NCBI GenBank assembly: GCA_024704765.1
Contig: JAKMXF010000347.1
Span: 62,001-126,000 of the forward strand
Reading direction: 5' to 3'
DNA: 64,000 bases
Source of the DNA: Oopsacas minuta
Lineage: Eukaryota; Animalia; Porifera
The translations under genes and the position numbers were made by a program. Below, one piece after another: positions 12,001-22,692 of the stretch (the stretch's first letter is position 1; every line of letters begins with the position of its first letter). The notes under the pieces are model-generated. The model was not told the origin of the DNA and ran no database searches. It worked only from the letters and a program-made list of their open reading frames with translations.

Positions 12001-13726
12001 ACTTCACAACTATAACTAACTATCTTTCCCAGACTGAAGTGAAGGAGATAGTATGGATAGCTATAAGAGAAGATTTAGACTCTCTAGAAGCAATTAGTGA
12101 TGTCCTCCTGTTGTTAGATGTAGTGATTGGATTCTTATCTTCAGTAGGAGGAGATCCAGAACAGAAATTGTCAATCTACCTTTATGAAGTTCTAAAGTAC
12201 ACTCATGATTCTCATGGATCTGGTCCTCTACAGAGTAGAAGAGTATGTGATTTCTTCATATTATTGTTCCTATTTGACAATACACGGATATGTATTTACA
12301 ACTTGACTTTCTTTAGGCAGAGACAGTATTGTATCTGAAACATATAATCAGCTTCTGGACTCTGCTGTCAATAGAGAAAGCTCGTAAGCTCTCTCTCCTT
12401 GGACAGGTATGTATATTATGATTCAGTAGCTAGTCAGTAAAATTCTAGTATTCAACATTTTGTTTGTTCAGATATATTTCCCACAATTCGTATACTTGAT
12501 GGGACCATTACTTCACATTTGATATTTCATTATAGATTCCTTTCTCATCCTTGAGAGATGAATTTCAGGAAGTTGTGAGTAAGGAGGAAGCACAACAAAT
12601 TACGCGAACCTGTGATAAATTCCCAGTGGCAAAGATATTGATGTATCTCCACGAATTTATTCTATTCTTTCTACGAGAGAGAGATGTTGATGAAAAGAAT
12701 TTTGGGTGAGTTATGCAATACTTTTATCAAGAATATTTACTGAAACTTTAATATCCATATTTCATGGATCTGGATACTATTTACAATCAACAGCGAGATT
12801 TAAAATTACAATTTTTCTCTTTCTATTATTCTAAAATTTTCTATGTTAAAACATTGGATAATGTCTAATTATTTTATTGACTGTTATTTGATGGAATAAG
12901 AGAAGTAAAAATTGTAATATATGAATCAGGTTAAATTAGAAAATCGACCTGCAGGTGAATTTCAAACTGTCGGTAGACCAGTCGGGCAAAATCTCGACTG
13001 GTTCCATCTCTGAACCCAGTCAATCGAAGTAGGATTTTCCGGAACCTCACTTCATTTAGCTAGCCGTGACTCGATCTAGGAGCATCTCTCTTCATAAATA
13101 TACTCTATTATTGGTTAGTGCGCTTCGCTTGCTAGGTCGCTACGCGACTGCTTAGTGCCTCAAGTTAGCTTAAGTATTTAACAGCTAATTTTCTTAGTAA
13201 TTTGAAGATACCCCTGTAAGCCAAAATCAGCCATGGGGGGTCTTCCAATTTCTTCAATCAATTCTGGGCATACAAACAAATCGATATACACATATATACA
13301 TCTATATTATTCCAACGCAATTAATCTGTGTAAATATCAAGGTTGCAATCATTCAATATTCGGTATTCGGTTAGACTACTATTCATGAATACTGATATTC
13401 GGTTCGAGCGGTTTCAACCTTTGTTATACCCGAGTTGTAATTACATAGAATCCTATGTAATCAGAAATTTTAGTTAGTTATATGCCGAAAAACGTTATAT
13501 CCGAGTTCTACTGAATATAGATTAATTGCGTATTTATTATTGTTGATTCTCTGATAGACTGAAGGATAGTATAAAGATATACGCTGATGACAATGATTGG
13601 AAACTCCCTGAAGGATTCAATCACTTCCCTGAAGTAATAAAGCTATCACAGTGTGCATCTGCTTGGGCTGTATTAGCTCAGGAAGAGCATAGAGTTTCTA
13701 ACCCTCTAGCTAACCATAACGAATAA
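1..13726 (+). CDS. RNF213: RNF213/mysterin-like E3 ligase, 3' part (5' end outside window). Exons: 1-263, 644-746, 821-918, 986-1252, 1573-1684, 4169-4582, 5713-5841, 8319-8420, 8535-8909, 9795-9967, 10235-10512, 10569-10734, 10793-11094, 11284-11545, 11610-11889, 12033-12242, 12317-12406, 12536-12705, 13558-13726
   Basis: Hand-spliced with GT-AG introns. All 18 junction phases are consistent, giving 3963 nt (1320 aa plus stop). Motifs are collinear with the human RNF213 C-terminal region: KWNRILAVQLFISH, DPSPAFRTLLLQLL, LYLLIVQSIE/DS, LFPTMMDD, RZ finger WYQCPNGHPYFIGYCG..CADC, REQWEREF, RYLPDIVQLQR, LLPSSTGKG, VIGFLSSVGGDP, LKHIISFW, YLHEFI, FPEVIKLSQCASAW. Confidence 0.93.
1740..3345 (+). 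mobile_element. Two tandem non-autonomous Helentron/HINE (DINE-1-like) elements (about 1740-2365 and 2370-3345)
   Basis: Both copies share CGCTTGCTAGGTCGCT near the 5' end, blocks such as ATGATGACGTAAT, and CCAGTTTCTT(C/T)AATCAATTCTG followed by a (TA/CA)n microsatellite and an AGATTA tail. A third copy lies at about 13100-13300. The family assignment is by structural resemblance only. Confidence 0.5.
2995..3325. mobile_element. hAT-like MITE nested in the TA microsatellite of the preceding element
   Basis: 12-bp TIR TAGGACATTAGT ... ACTAATGCCCTA (1 mismatch), with dense internal GATC/CGATC repeats typical of hAT subterminal regions. The TSD is obscured by (TA)n. Confidence 0.6.
3640..4090 (+). 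mobile_element. Helitron-like non-autonomous fragments
   Basis: Two ATCTATATTAT(T/A)A 5'-type starts (about 3640 and 3986) and a 3' GAGCC-AAA-GGCTC hairpin near 4070-4082. Confidence 0.35.
4945..5601. mobile_element. Foldback-type MITE with about 210-bp imperfect terminal inverted repeats (RNF213 intron 6)
   Basis: 4945-5160 (GGGAGATGTTGGCGATTTACAAAATATGGC...) is the imperfect reverse complement of 5363-5601 (...GCCATATTTTGTACATCGCGAACATCTCC). Confidence 0.75.
6402..7734 (+). mobile_element. Full-length (1333 bp) mariner DNA transposon in RNF213 intron 7
   Basis: Perfect 28-bp ITRs (CTACGGGCGTTCAATAAGTAGTCGTTAT and its reverse complement), flanked by TA at 6400-6401 and 7735-7736. Confidence 0.95.
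6592..7668 (+). pseudogene. Inactivated DD34D mariner transposase
   Basis: HTH N-terminus, WVPHLL, TGDETW, HDNARPH and YSPDLTPCD motifs, with 34 residues between the 2nd and 3rd Asp. In-frame TGA at 7012-7014 and frameshifts near 7190, 7310 and 7550. Confidence 0.93.
13338..13423. mobile_element. About 86-bp hAT MITE, copy of the 22606 family
   Basis: CAAGGTTG...CAACCTTTG ends; core ATTCATGAATACTGATATTCGGTTCGAGCGGTTTCAACC shared with 22606-22692 and, inverted and partial, 34748-34840. Confidence 0.65.
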
Positions 13727-16250
13727 CAACATGTAATGTCTGATAGAGAATTATTTGAAAAAACAATAATATTATTTATATCTAACACTATAAAAAATAT
13801 ATTTGTATTTCATAAGAACTAATCTTAATTTTCTTTTGGATGTTTATTGCTTTTGATAGATACGTTTTACCAGTGTTTGTATTTATTAATTGTTTTATAA
13901 TATACTTTGCTTTCAGATCACTTGGCTATGCTCGGTTATGTTTGTAAGAAAAATTGAACTGTGTTCTGTGTATTATGTGCTGGCATATATTTTCTGGATA
14001 ACTATAAATAACTTAGCCCACGAAATGCGATTCAAATTTGTGTATGCAACAAAGTTTCATCGTGTTTATGTTAAATTTCCATATTTTCTAATTCTAATTC
14101 AATTTGTTGCATCGTGGATGGTAAGAGTTGGATACAACAATGCTGCAAGAATCTTGTTGCATGGGAATAGGAACATGTAGAATTTTATGCAACAATGTTA
14201 TCTGCAAACATTGTGTATATACAGTGGAATCTCCCAAAACTGACACTTCGAGAATCGCACAAGGTCCTACAACGGACGGACAGATACCATGTCCCAATGT
14301 GCCCGTTATTCGGAGACTTCACTGTATGTATGTTGCCTTTTTGCATGCATCAAAGTTGGATCATGTATAATAAACTAATATAAGATCATGAGTAATTTAC
14401 CAGATAAGATTATATTCAAAATAAGCTTGAGTACTGAACTGGACATATTCCATGATGTTATGTGAGGTTATTATATTAATAGAATGCACATTACGAGTTA
14501 CGACGAATTAATTCATATTTTTTTTGTTTATTTTTTGGTGATTTAGGGTATATGAGGATTCTGTTTTGAAACTAGCAAGTAACGCCGGGCACCATTGAGA
14601 AAATTATCAATTATTATTCATAAATTATTCAGGACAATAAAGAATTTATTGACCTTATAAGGCAATGGAAGGGTTGAAACTAGATTTCACAGTGTTATTC
14701 CATTTCTGTGTAATTCGGTGGAATTTCCATATATTCGTCAGCTTAAAATTTTAAAGTTTATTCTCACTCTACAGTCGTATATGAATCTTCTGATATTTTG
14801 AGCTACCCATCATGCAACCTTTGATTATCCAACACTGAACATTTCCTGTTCTTCTATTAACAAGCATCATACTAGCTCTATTTACGATAACAACAATCTA
14901 TCTCAATATTCTTAATTCTCTTGTACTATCTTGTAAGTTGAGACCTTTCTTCCATCTGAACGCCTTCAAGTTTACACAATTCTCTACGACAAGTAATTAA
15001 TGTGATTCCTATCAATAATAGCTTCGTGACCGAATATGCCTTTATATGTCGGAATTATCCATTCAATGCCTCTTTAACTAATAGTCTAACTTCTCCAAAG
15101 AATTAATTCAATAAGTGGAATTTGTGAAACCTTACCTTTACTAGTCATTGCATATATACAAGTCATTGTATAAATTTTAACAGCTGTATAGCTGTAGTTA
15201 TAATTATTATTGGGAATTTTAAGGAATTTTCATCACAAATAGTTTCAATGGTAAAGTTTATATTCAGTAGACTCCGCTTAACAGGGACACATCGGGAACA
15301 GGTTATTTGATCCGATTGAGCGGAATAAAGGTGTTTGCCTAATTAAATGAAATAATTCAATTGAGCTATTTGTTTGGTTCTGTTTCTGGCTAAGTGACCC
15401 GATTAACCGGTGGCTCTATTATGCGGACTCTTAACTACTTATTCAATGTTAGGTAATATTTGACACATTTCGCACTCTGATATCAAATATATTATTTTAT
15501 TTTAATTATATAATTATATTTATAATTCATATTCTATAATCAATTATATTGAGAGTGTAAGAGTAACACAATTGATGCTCTATTCCATTCTACTATCGGT
15601 TCCCAACCATTTTCACCATCCTTTTCTATTTTTTCACTCGCATAGTCCTCCAAAGCAAGTTAACTACTCTATTGTTGAGTAATACCCCATCGAAAGTACA
15701 AACTTTGAAATTTTCGGATCGTTTAGTGTCTTCCGTGAATCAAAGTAGATAGCAATCACAGGTAAATACAATTAGATTTGTCCATATTATTCCCAAACTT
15801 TGTCCATGTGCCAAGCTTATTAGAATTTCCTAAATCAAGAGAAATTGGTATTAATTGAGTTACTAATTATCTTTACCAGAGTTTGTCCCGATTAACCGAA
15901 AATATTTATTATTAACCTGAATGTAGATGATTCCGTTCCTGGAGATTTGTCCCAATTAAGTGGAGATAACTGTATATTCATGTGTGGTAGTTAGAATTAA
16001 TGTGAAAAACCTGTGGTAGATACCTTTGATGTAACCGCAATAAAATCAATTAATATTCATAATGAATTGGAGAATATTTGTCTATTGTAATATGAATATT
16101 GATTGTCGTGCAAACACACCACAAATACATGTAATAATTATGCTCTTTACATTGTTTACAGCCTGCTGGGATGCTTACATACATCATAAAACCATCTACC
16201 TGCTTGAGAACTATATTATTTATTTATATTATTAGTTGCATAACTGTTTC

Positions 16251-18491
16251 ATGGCCTCGTACAAGAAGGAGGACGCATACAGAGTACTACACTTGCTAGA
16301 GGAGTACAGGAACTCCCTCCCAGTTAGTGAGGCAAATGATGAGGTAGCTCTTAGGCTAGCTCTTGACAATCTTATTGCCGCGATCAGAGCACGGCTTTTC
16401 ACAGCACTCAGCGAGCTTTTAGAATTCTACAACGAGTGTTTGTTAGATCCCTCCAAAGCTAGCGAAGAGAAATCAAAATACAGTTCATCTCTAGCTCTGC
16501 ACTGGCAGCAGGGTAGTCTACCTCCTGTTAGCCCTCTGCACAAACCGATAGAGGCTAGCATGGGGTACTACGACTTCGATATTGTCATAAATAAGGGGGA
16601 CTCAGAATTGGGTATCAGTCTATCAGCTGGCATAGGACAAGAACAGGGGGTATTAATTTCTAATATTGCTCCAGGCAGTGCAGCTGATAGGTTTGAAGAT
16701 ATCAGAATAGGAGACCGTATCTTGGAAGTAAACAGAGTATCATTTCTTACAATTTCACAACAGACAGCAGTCAATACACTAAACAGCATAACTGGTGATA
16801 TAGAGTTAGTGCTGAGGAGAAATCTCATAACTAGAGAAGGAGAGAGAAAGATAACTGTAGTGCCATTGAACAAACTGAACGGTAGCCTCGGCTTCACTAT
16901 AAAAGGAGGTACAGATGCTCAGCTGATTAGCGAACATGACGGTATATTCATCTCTAAAGTTTTCAAGAAGGGAGCGGCTGAGAAGACAGGACAGCTGTCA
17001 CCTGGTGACAGGATTATCTCTGTGAATGGGAATAACATTGAACACGTGACACATGATGAAGCAGTGAGAGTACTGAGTTCTTCGGGTGAGAATATTCTTA
17101 TTAAAATCGAGAAGGGAGTATTCTCTTTGGATAATAATGACGACACGTGTTCAGTTCATGAGACTACTCTGGAGAGAGGTGAGCACGGATACGGTATTAA
17201 AATTATTGGTAGGGAAACGCCTTCACTCGCCGTGTATGTGTCTCAGGTTACACAAGGAGGACCAGCTGATATCAGTCAGAAGATATCCAAAGGTGACCGT
17301 ATCTTAGAAGTGAATGGACAGGATGTACGACAAGTAACCCATGAAGTAGTAGCCAGTATATTCCGCTCCTCTCAGCACCATGTACACATCAAGGTACGGC
17401 ATGCTGAAGAGGGTTGGGAGCAGGTTATGGCAGCTAACAATGGTAGTTCTGATCCTAACGCACCTCTCAATATTCTATATCAGGACACATTCTTCCTCAG
17501 AGCCTGGTTCCATTTCGATCCTAGTGTTGAGCCTGATATCCCGGACGCAGGTCTTATGTTTGGACAGAATAGCATTCTTTGTGTGGTTAATTCTACTAAT
17601 TCAGACTGGTGGCAGGCGTGTATAGTGGATGACTTTGGTAAGTTCAGCCCCTGTGGTTTGATACCCAGTGAAAAGTACCAATTGAAGCGTGAGCATCTGA
17701 AGAACAGATCTGTTCACTTCCCTGATCAGGAGTCCTCTGACGTAGATAATACAGAGGTTAATAAGACGAAGAAGAAATTATTTCAAAAGATATCTAAAAA
17801 GGTAAAACGCACGAAGCACTCTAGCAAAGCAAGTAGTGACTCAGAAACAGTTGGCACTACTCCTTTCTATACTCACGTAGAGAAGCATGAAATTGAGGTG
17901 AAGAGACCTGTTATCCTGCTTGGACCTCTCAAAGATCATCTTAACGACATGTTAGTGCAGGAGTACTCCTCTGCTTATGCAGGGTGTGTACTCCACACCT
18001 CCAGGCCTCGGAGAGAGAATGAAGAACACGGAGTAGATTACTACTTCGTGTCTAGTGAGATAATGGAGCAGTATGTAGCTGATGACAGCTTTATAGAAGC
18101 AGGGCATTTTAATCAGAATCTTTACGGTACTACAGCACGAGCTGTTAGAGATGTATTAGATGCACAGAGACACTGTATACTCAGTGTAAGTCCTCAGAGT
18201 ATTCATAGACTTGAACAGGCAGGGCTGAGCCCTATCGTGATCCTTCTCTACCCTACCTCCCCTTCCGCACTTCTAGAGTTACCAGAGTATCAACACACCC
18301 ACCACATACAACATGATGACTATGAGAAGCAGATAGAACTTGCTGACAACCTTACCCATGATATTGGAGAACAGCTGACTGGAATTGCAAAAGGAGATAA
18401 CATAGAAGAACTACTCTACTCAGTAACTAATATTATCAATGCTCACAGCTACAAAATAGAATGGATTCCTGTCAGAATTGAACTACAATGA
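16251..18491 (+). CDS. DLG: Discs large MAGUK (L27-PDZ-PDZ-PDZ-SH3-GK), single coding exon
   Basis: ATG at 16251. MASYKKEDAYRVLHLLEEYR resembles the DLG1 L27 N-terminus. Three PDZ repeats (ELGISL, SLGFTIKGG, GYGIKIIG), SH3 (LRAWFHFDP...DWWQA...GLIPS) and GK (RPVILLGPLKD, HTSRPRRENEEHGVDYYFV, FIEAGHFNQNLYGT). Confidence 0.95.
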   Translation: MASYKKEDAYRVLHLLEEYRNSLPVSEANDEVALRLALDNLIAAIRARLFTALSELLEFYNECLLDPSKASEEKSKYSSSLALHWQQGSLPPVSPLHKPIEASMGYYDFDIVINKGDSELGISLSAGIGQEQGVLISNIAPGSAADRFEDIRIGDRILEVNRVSFLTISQQTAVNTLNSITGDIELVLRRNLITREGERKITVVPLNKLNGSLGFTIKGGTDAQLISEHDGIFISKVFKKGAAEKTGQLSPGDRIISVNGNNIEHVTHDEAVRVLSSSGENILIKIEKGVFSLDNNDDTCSVHETTLERGEHGYGIKIIGRETPSLAVYVSQVTQGGPADISQKISKGDRILEVNGQDVRQVTHEVVASIFRSSQHHVHIKVRHAEEGWEQVMAANNGSSDPNAPLNILYQDTFFLRAWFHFDPSVEPDIPDAGLMFGQNSILCVVNSTNSDWWQACIVDDFGKFSPCGLIPSEKYQLKREHLKNRSVHFPDQESSDVDNTEVNKTKKKLFQKISKKVKRTKHSSKASSDSETVGTTPFYTHVEKHEIEVKRPVILLGPLKDHLNDMLVQEYSSAYAGCVLHTSRPRRENEEHGVDYYFVSSEIMEQYVADDSFIEAGHFNQNLYGTTARAVRDVLDAQRHCILSVSPQSIHRLEQAGLSPIVILLYPTSPSALLELPEYQHTHHIQHDDYEKQIELADNLTHDIGEQLTGIAKGDNIEELLYSVTNIINAHSYKIEWIPVRIELQ

Positions 18492-18654
18492 TATCCCTCT
18501 TGTAATCCGTACAATTTTTGGTACCTTTTGTTATTTTATTGAATACTCATTTCTAACTTATTTATAATTCAATATTTGATGTTCAACTTATTCAATAAAC
18601 AACCTCGTATCTTATTCAATATTTTACTTACAAGGAGGGGAGAAATGCTGTTAA

Positions 18655-18740
18655 CTGTTAACTGCAAATCTTTCCTCGCAAAAAAACCCATTAACTTTTA
18701 CAGATGGGATTTTGAGTGAGGAAAGGTTTGTAGTTAACAG
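18655..18740 (+). repeat. 86-nt inverted repeat/hairpin between DLG and GCAT
   Basis: 37-bp arms (18655-18691 and 18704-18740) with 31/37 Watson-Crick pairs plus 3 G-U pairs on the + strand, and a 12-nt loop. Confidence 0.85.
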
Positions 18741-18814
18741 CAAACCTTTTATGTTTTGTTAATATGTGCTAATATTTGGAGATGATTCTTATTATGCACA
18801 CAGTTTGTAATAGG

Positions 18815-20074
18815 ATGCTCGGTCATACCGCAGCAAAGCTAATAACAACTCCAATAATATCAACACAGATCAGATGTCTATCTGTTCTCTCCGGCATCCG
18901 TGAGCAAATACAGAATGAGCTACAATTAATAAAAGATGCAGGGACGTTCAAACACGAGCGTGTTATAACATCCCCTCAAGCAGCCCGTGTTACCATCCAG
19001 GGGAGAGATCAGCCTCTCCTCAACTTCTGTGCTAATAACTATCTGGGACTATCCAGCAACAGTGAAGTAATATCAGCTGCTAAGTCTGCTCTGGCCACTC
19101 ACGGGGCCGGTATGTCCTCTGTCCGATTTATATGCGGTACTCAAGATATACATAAGGAGCTGGAAAAGAAGATATCTACGTTCCACCAGAAAGAAGATTC
19201 TATTCTCTACTCCAGCTGTTTCGATGCCAATGCTGGGTTCTTTGAAGCATTTCTCAATGAAGATGACGTTATAATAAGCGACACTCTAAATCATGCTAGT
19301 ATAATCGACGGAATCCGTCTAAGCAAGGCTAAGCGCCTCAGATACAAACACATGGATATGGACGACCTCGAAATGCAACTGAAAGATAACCAGAAGTCTA
19401 GGAGACGTCTGGTGGTATCAGATGGTGTATTTAGTATGGACGGAGACATAACTCCACTCAAGGATATTCTATTCCTCGCTTCTAAGTACAATGCTCTCGT
19501 GTTTCTTGATGAATGTCATGCTACCGGTCTGTTTGGTAAATCAGGCCGCGGTACAGAGGACTATTATGACGTCATCGGAAAAGTTCATATAATTAACTCT
19601 ACACTAGGGAAAGCATTGGGAGGGGCCTCTGGCGGGTACACATCAGGACCTAAGGAGATAATAGACCTCCTCCGTCAGAAATCGAGACCCTATCTCTTCT
19701 CCAACACCCTCCCTCCTCCCATGGTAGCTGGGGCCTCTAAGGTGCTGGATATTCTGATGAGATCCTCTCAGCTGACTGAAAAACTTGCTTCTAATACTAA
19801 GCAATTCCGTGATAAGATGACATCACTCGGATTTAAAATCCTAGGAGCTAACCACCCCATATGTCCAGTCTATCTTGGTGATGCTCGCTTAGCAACGGGA
19901 ATGGCAGAAGATATGCTAAATCGTGGTATTTATGTTATTGGGTTTAGCTATCCAGTGGTACCAGAAGGACAGGCTCGTATCCGAGTTCAGTTATCAGCTG
20001 TTCACAGCTCTGAAGACGTGGATACCTGTGTTAACGCATTTGCTGAGATTGGGAAATCTAAAGGAGTTATATAA
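18815..20074 (+). CDS. GCAT: 2-amino-3-ketobutyrate CoA ligase (glycine C-acetyltransferase), mitochondrial, single exon; the frame is open from 18776
   Basis: LNFCANNYLGL, SVRFICGTQ, DTLNHASIIDG, DGVFSMDGD, VFLDECHATG, PLP-lysine motif STLGKALGG, QKSRPYLFSN, ARIRVQLSA. The N-terminus MLGHTAAKLITTPIISTQIRCLS looks like a mitochondrial presequence. The start codon is uncertain. Confidence 0.95.
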   Translation: MLGHTAAKLITTPIISTQIRCLSVLSGIREQIQNELQLIKDAGTFKHERVITSPQAARVTIQGRDQPLLNFCANNYLGLSSNSEVISAAKSALATHGAGMSSVRFICGTQDIHKELEKKISTFHQKEDSILYSSCFDANAGFFEAFLNEDDVIISDTLNHASIIDGIRLSKAKRLRYKHMDMDDLEMQLKDNQKSRRRLVVSDGVFSMDGDITPLKDILFLASKYNALVFLDECHATGLFGKSGRGTEDYYDVIGKVHIINSTLGKALGGASGGYTSGPKEIIDLLRQKSRPYLFSNTLPPPMVAGASKVLDILMRSSQLTEKLASNTKQFRDKMTSLGFKILGANHPICPVYLGDARLATGMAEDMLNRGIYVIGFSYPVVPEGQARIRVQLSAVHSSEDVDTCVNAFAEIGKSKGVI

Positions 20075-20429
20075 GCGACATACACGTTTAGTTTTAATGT
20101 TAGATAATTTTATTTGTATTTCCGTATATTCTTCACTTATTTACTACATCAGTAGCCATTACATATGACCCGTAACTTCAAGATTGTATCCAGATTCTGA
20201 ATCCGGGGGAGCTCTGAGTAAGCCTAACTGAATCCAGTGTGTGGAGAGAGTTTCAACTGCTTAATAATTAATTAGGTCAACTCCCGTCATTATATATCAT
20301 CAACTGAGTACTAATCTCACTAACATTAAATGACTATACTTCATGTCTGATTCAAATAACCACTAAATTACTACAACCTATCACCTAATAGTTATATAGT
20401 TAGATGACACAACTGGTATAAGCAAGAGA

Positions 20430-22394
20430 ATGAGTGAGCATGACTCTTCCATCTCCTATCAAGAGGCTCCAGATTACCTATCCTGGCCGTACCCTTCTGA
20501 TACTCTGTGTGGAGTCCCGTGTAGTAACACATTTGACAATAAATCAGGCCTCTCAGATGATCTAGCCTTCCTCACATCAATGCCAGAGTTCTGTGACGTC
20601 ACCTTCCTGGCTGGAGAACCTGGAGAACCTGTACAAGCAGTGCGAGCTATCCTTGCTGCTAGAAGCAGGGTAATGAAGGGAATATTGCTAGACGCAGCTA
20701 ACGGATATGATTCTCTGAAGAGTAAGAAAAACAAGAAAAAAGGTAAAAAAGGTAAAAACAGGAGATCTGTAGACTTAGTGCTCAGTATACCAATGCGTGA
20801 CTTTGATGCTGACACATTCCGTGAATTGATACAATACCTACACACTGGTAAATGCTTATTCCAGCCTAGTACAGTGATAGGACTAATGAATGCATGTGAC
20901 TACTTCGGGATTGATGAGCTTAAACGTGCTTGTCTTGGCTATATAAACAGATGTGTGGAGGTAGATACTGTATTGACATTACTCGGTACTGCTGAACAGT
21001 ACATTTCTCATAAATACACTAAAATAGCTCTCAAACCAATATTAGAGTTTATAGACACAAATGCTGAAGAGATTCTCTCTCTAGACGGATTTGCTAGTCT
21101 ATCAGAGCATGTAGCTATTCTAGTGTTTGGTAGAGAACAATTACAAGTGTCTTCCTATTCAAAGTTTCAAGCAGCTCTATCTTGGTGTCAATATCACAAA
21201 ACAGCTGATCAGTCTCTGAGTGATACTTTCTCTCCTTTCGTAGACTACGTAGCTCTACATGAGATTCCCGCTATGCAGCTGATGACTATTGTCAAGCCGA
21301 GTGGTGCTGTCAAACAGGAACTAATTCTTAACGCCCTAGCCTTCCAAGCGGATCCAGAGAGTGTAGACATTTCCCGTCTCTCTTCCAGACAGAGACTTAA
21401 CTCATTTCCTGCTCTCTACCAATCAATGGATGTTATTGAAGAGAATACACCTCCTAAACTATCACTCAGCTACACAGGTACTAGTATACTACAATCCATC
21501 AGTACTCCACCTCCTAAGAAGAGTGAACAAGCTAGTCCTGTCCCGAAGATATCTAGAACTCTACCCTCTACTCCAGAGGAGGAACCAGCTAGCTCTCTTC
21601 AATACAAGAACAAACAAATTCTAAACAAACCACCTCATCCCCCTAAGCCATCAACACAAGACGTGAGATCTCGTCTGGATGGTAGTAACGTACATATCAA
21701 TAACTTAAAGTTCCATGCAGACAAAACAGTTAGTGAAACAGCACTAAACACTTCATTAAAGCAGCCTATTGATATCAGTCCTATAGACTGTGTAATAGAG
21801 AGCTTCCGTAGCTCCAGTCAGCTCAGTGACTCTAAAGATAGTATGGGAAACACCATGGATGATATATCATTACATTTATCACGAGATGATGACGTCATAG
21901 CTGGTAGTGAGCCCGTGGAGATTACTAGCTCTAAATCCGTGACTTATAAGAAATCATATTCTGACAGTTCTGATAACAGTGAGCATACTAAATCTACCCT
22001 AGTCAGTCCTCTGACCCTCTCTCTCCAGCAACAACAACCTAGACCCGTCCCTCCTACAGACGGACTATACGAGACATCTAGTAGTAGTAGTGAGGGTAGT
22101 CTAGGCCAATTAGACGCTCCAGTAAATTCGAAACACAGCAGTAGTGAATTGGGAGGACCAGAACCCACGTACTGTTCCTCTCACTCATCTCTCTACTCTG
22201 ATGGTAATCAAGCAGGTGACATGAGCGATATTAGTCAGGTGTCATTTAACGATACTCTTCTCCCTAAACTTAAGGAGGTTGCTTTGGACCCATCTGAACC
22301 CCCTACGAATCAAACATGGACAGATTCGTTCGACAGTAGCGATACACCAGATCCTAGCCCCAAATCCCCATCTAAATCTCTTAAAAGCACATGA
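20430..22394 (+). CDS. BTB/POZ-BACK protein of the serine-enriched protein (Drosophila gprs-like) family with a Ser/Pro-rich tail, single exon
   Basis: FDNKSGLSDDLAFLTSMPEFCDVTFLAG, AVRAILAARSRV, FRELIQYLHTG, GLMNACDYFGIDELKRAC, VDTVLTLLGTAEQY and SKFQAALSW match the gprs-type BTB/BACK pattern. The C-terminal half is low complexity. Confidence 0.8.
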   Translation: MSEHDSSISYQEAPDYLSWPYPSDTLCGVPCSNTFDNKSGLSDDLAFLTSMPEFCDVTFLAGEPGEPVQAVRAILAARSRVMKGILLDAANGYDSLKSKKNKKKGKKGKNRRSVDLVLSIPMRDFDADTFRELIQYLHTGKCLFQPSTVIGLMNACDYFGIDELKRACLGYINRCVEVDTVLTLLGTAEQYISHKYTKIALKPILEFIDTNAEEILSLDGFASLSEHVAILVFGREQLQVSSYSKFQAALSWCQYHKTADQSLSDTFSPFVDYVALHEIPAMQLMTIVKPSGAVKQELILNALAFQADPESVDISRLSSRQRLNSFPALYQSMDVIEENTPPKLSLSYTGTSILQSISTPPPKKSEQASPVPKISRTLPSTPEEEPASSLQYKNKQILNKPPHPPKPSTQDVRSRLDGSNVHINNLKFHADKTVSETALNTSLKQPIDISPIDCVIESFRSSSQLSDSKDSMGNTMDDISLHLSRDDDVIAGSEPVEITSSKSVTYKKSYSDSSDNSEHTKSTLVSPLTLSLQQQQPRPVPPTDGLYETSSSSSEGSLGQLDAPVNSKHSSSELGGPEPTYCSSHSSLYSDGNQAGDMSDISQVSFNDTLLPKLKEVALDPSEPPTNQTWTDSFDSSDTPDPSPKSPSKSLKST

Positions 22395-22605
22395 AATGAC
22401 ATCCTGTATACTATTTTTACATCTACCAACAAGCAGTATAGATATATGAATTTTTAACTCTCCTATACTGATAATATACCTATCACTTATGTACAACATA
22501 CATATTACTTATTAACATATGTTCATTGATGTAATTCTCATTATTTATATATTTTACGATTTTTTGAAAATACAATCCTGAACTAAGACCAAAATGGCTA
22601 ATTTG

Positions 22606-22692
22606 CAGGGTTGTTACCGAATATTATCAGTAATATTCGGTTAGGCTACTATTCATGAATACTGATATTCGGTTCGAGCGGTTTCAACCAAG
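22606..22692. mobile_element. 87-bp hAT MITE with perfect 8-bp target-site duplication
   Basis: Ends CAGGGTTG...CAACCAAG; CTAATTTG at 22598-22605 and 22693-22700. Confidence 0.85.

Noticed and set aside
14128-14370. Cys-rich ORF resembling a RING or zinc finger near RNF213
   Set aside because: The Cys codons come from repeated palindromic ATGCAACAA/TTGTTGCAT MITE fragments; Cys/His spacing does not fit a RING, and it lies beyond the RNF213 stop codon.
14640-15120. Protein-like - strand frame with many TAA/TAG stops (pseudogene or alternative code)
   Set aside because: About 13 stops in 160 codons is what random AT-rich DNA gives, no family was recognised, and the flanking genes use the standard code.
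18776-20074. GCAT/kbl as a bacterial horizontal transfer
   Set aside because: GCAT is widespread in animals, it has a mitochondrial-type presequence, and its neighbours are equally intronless.
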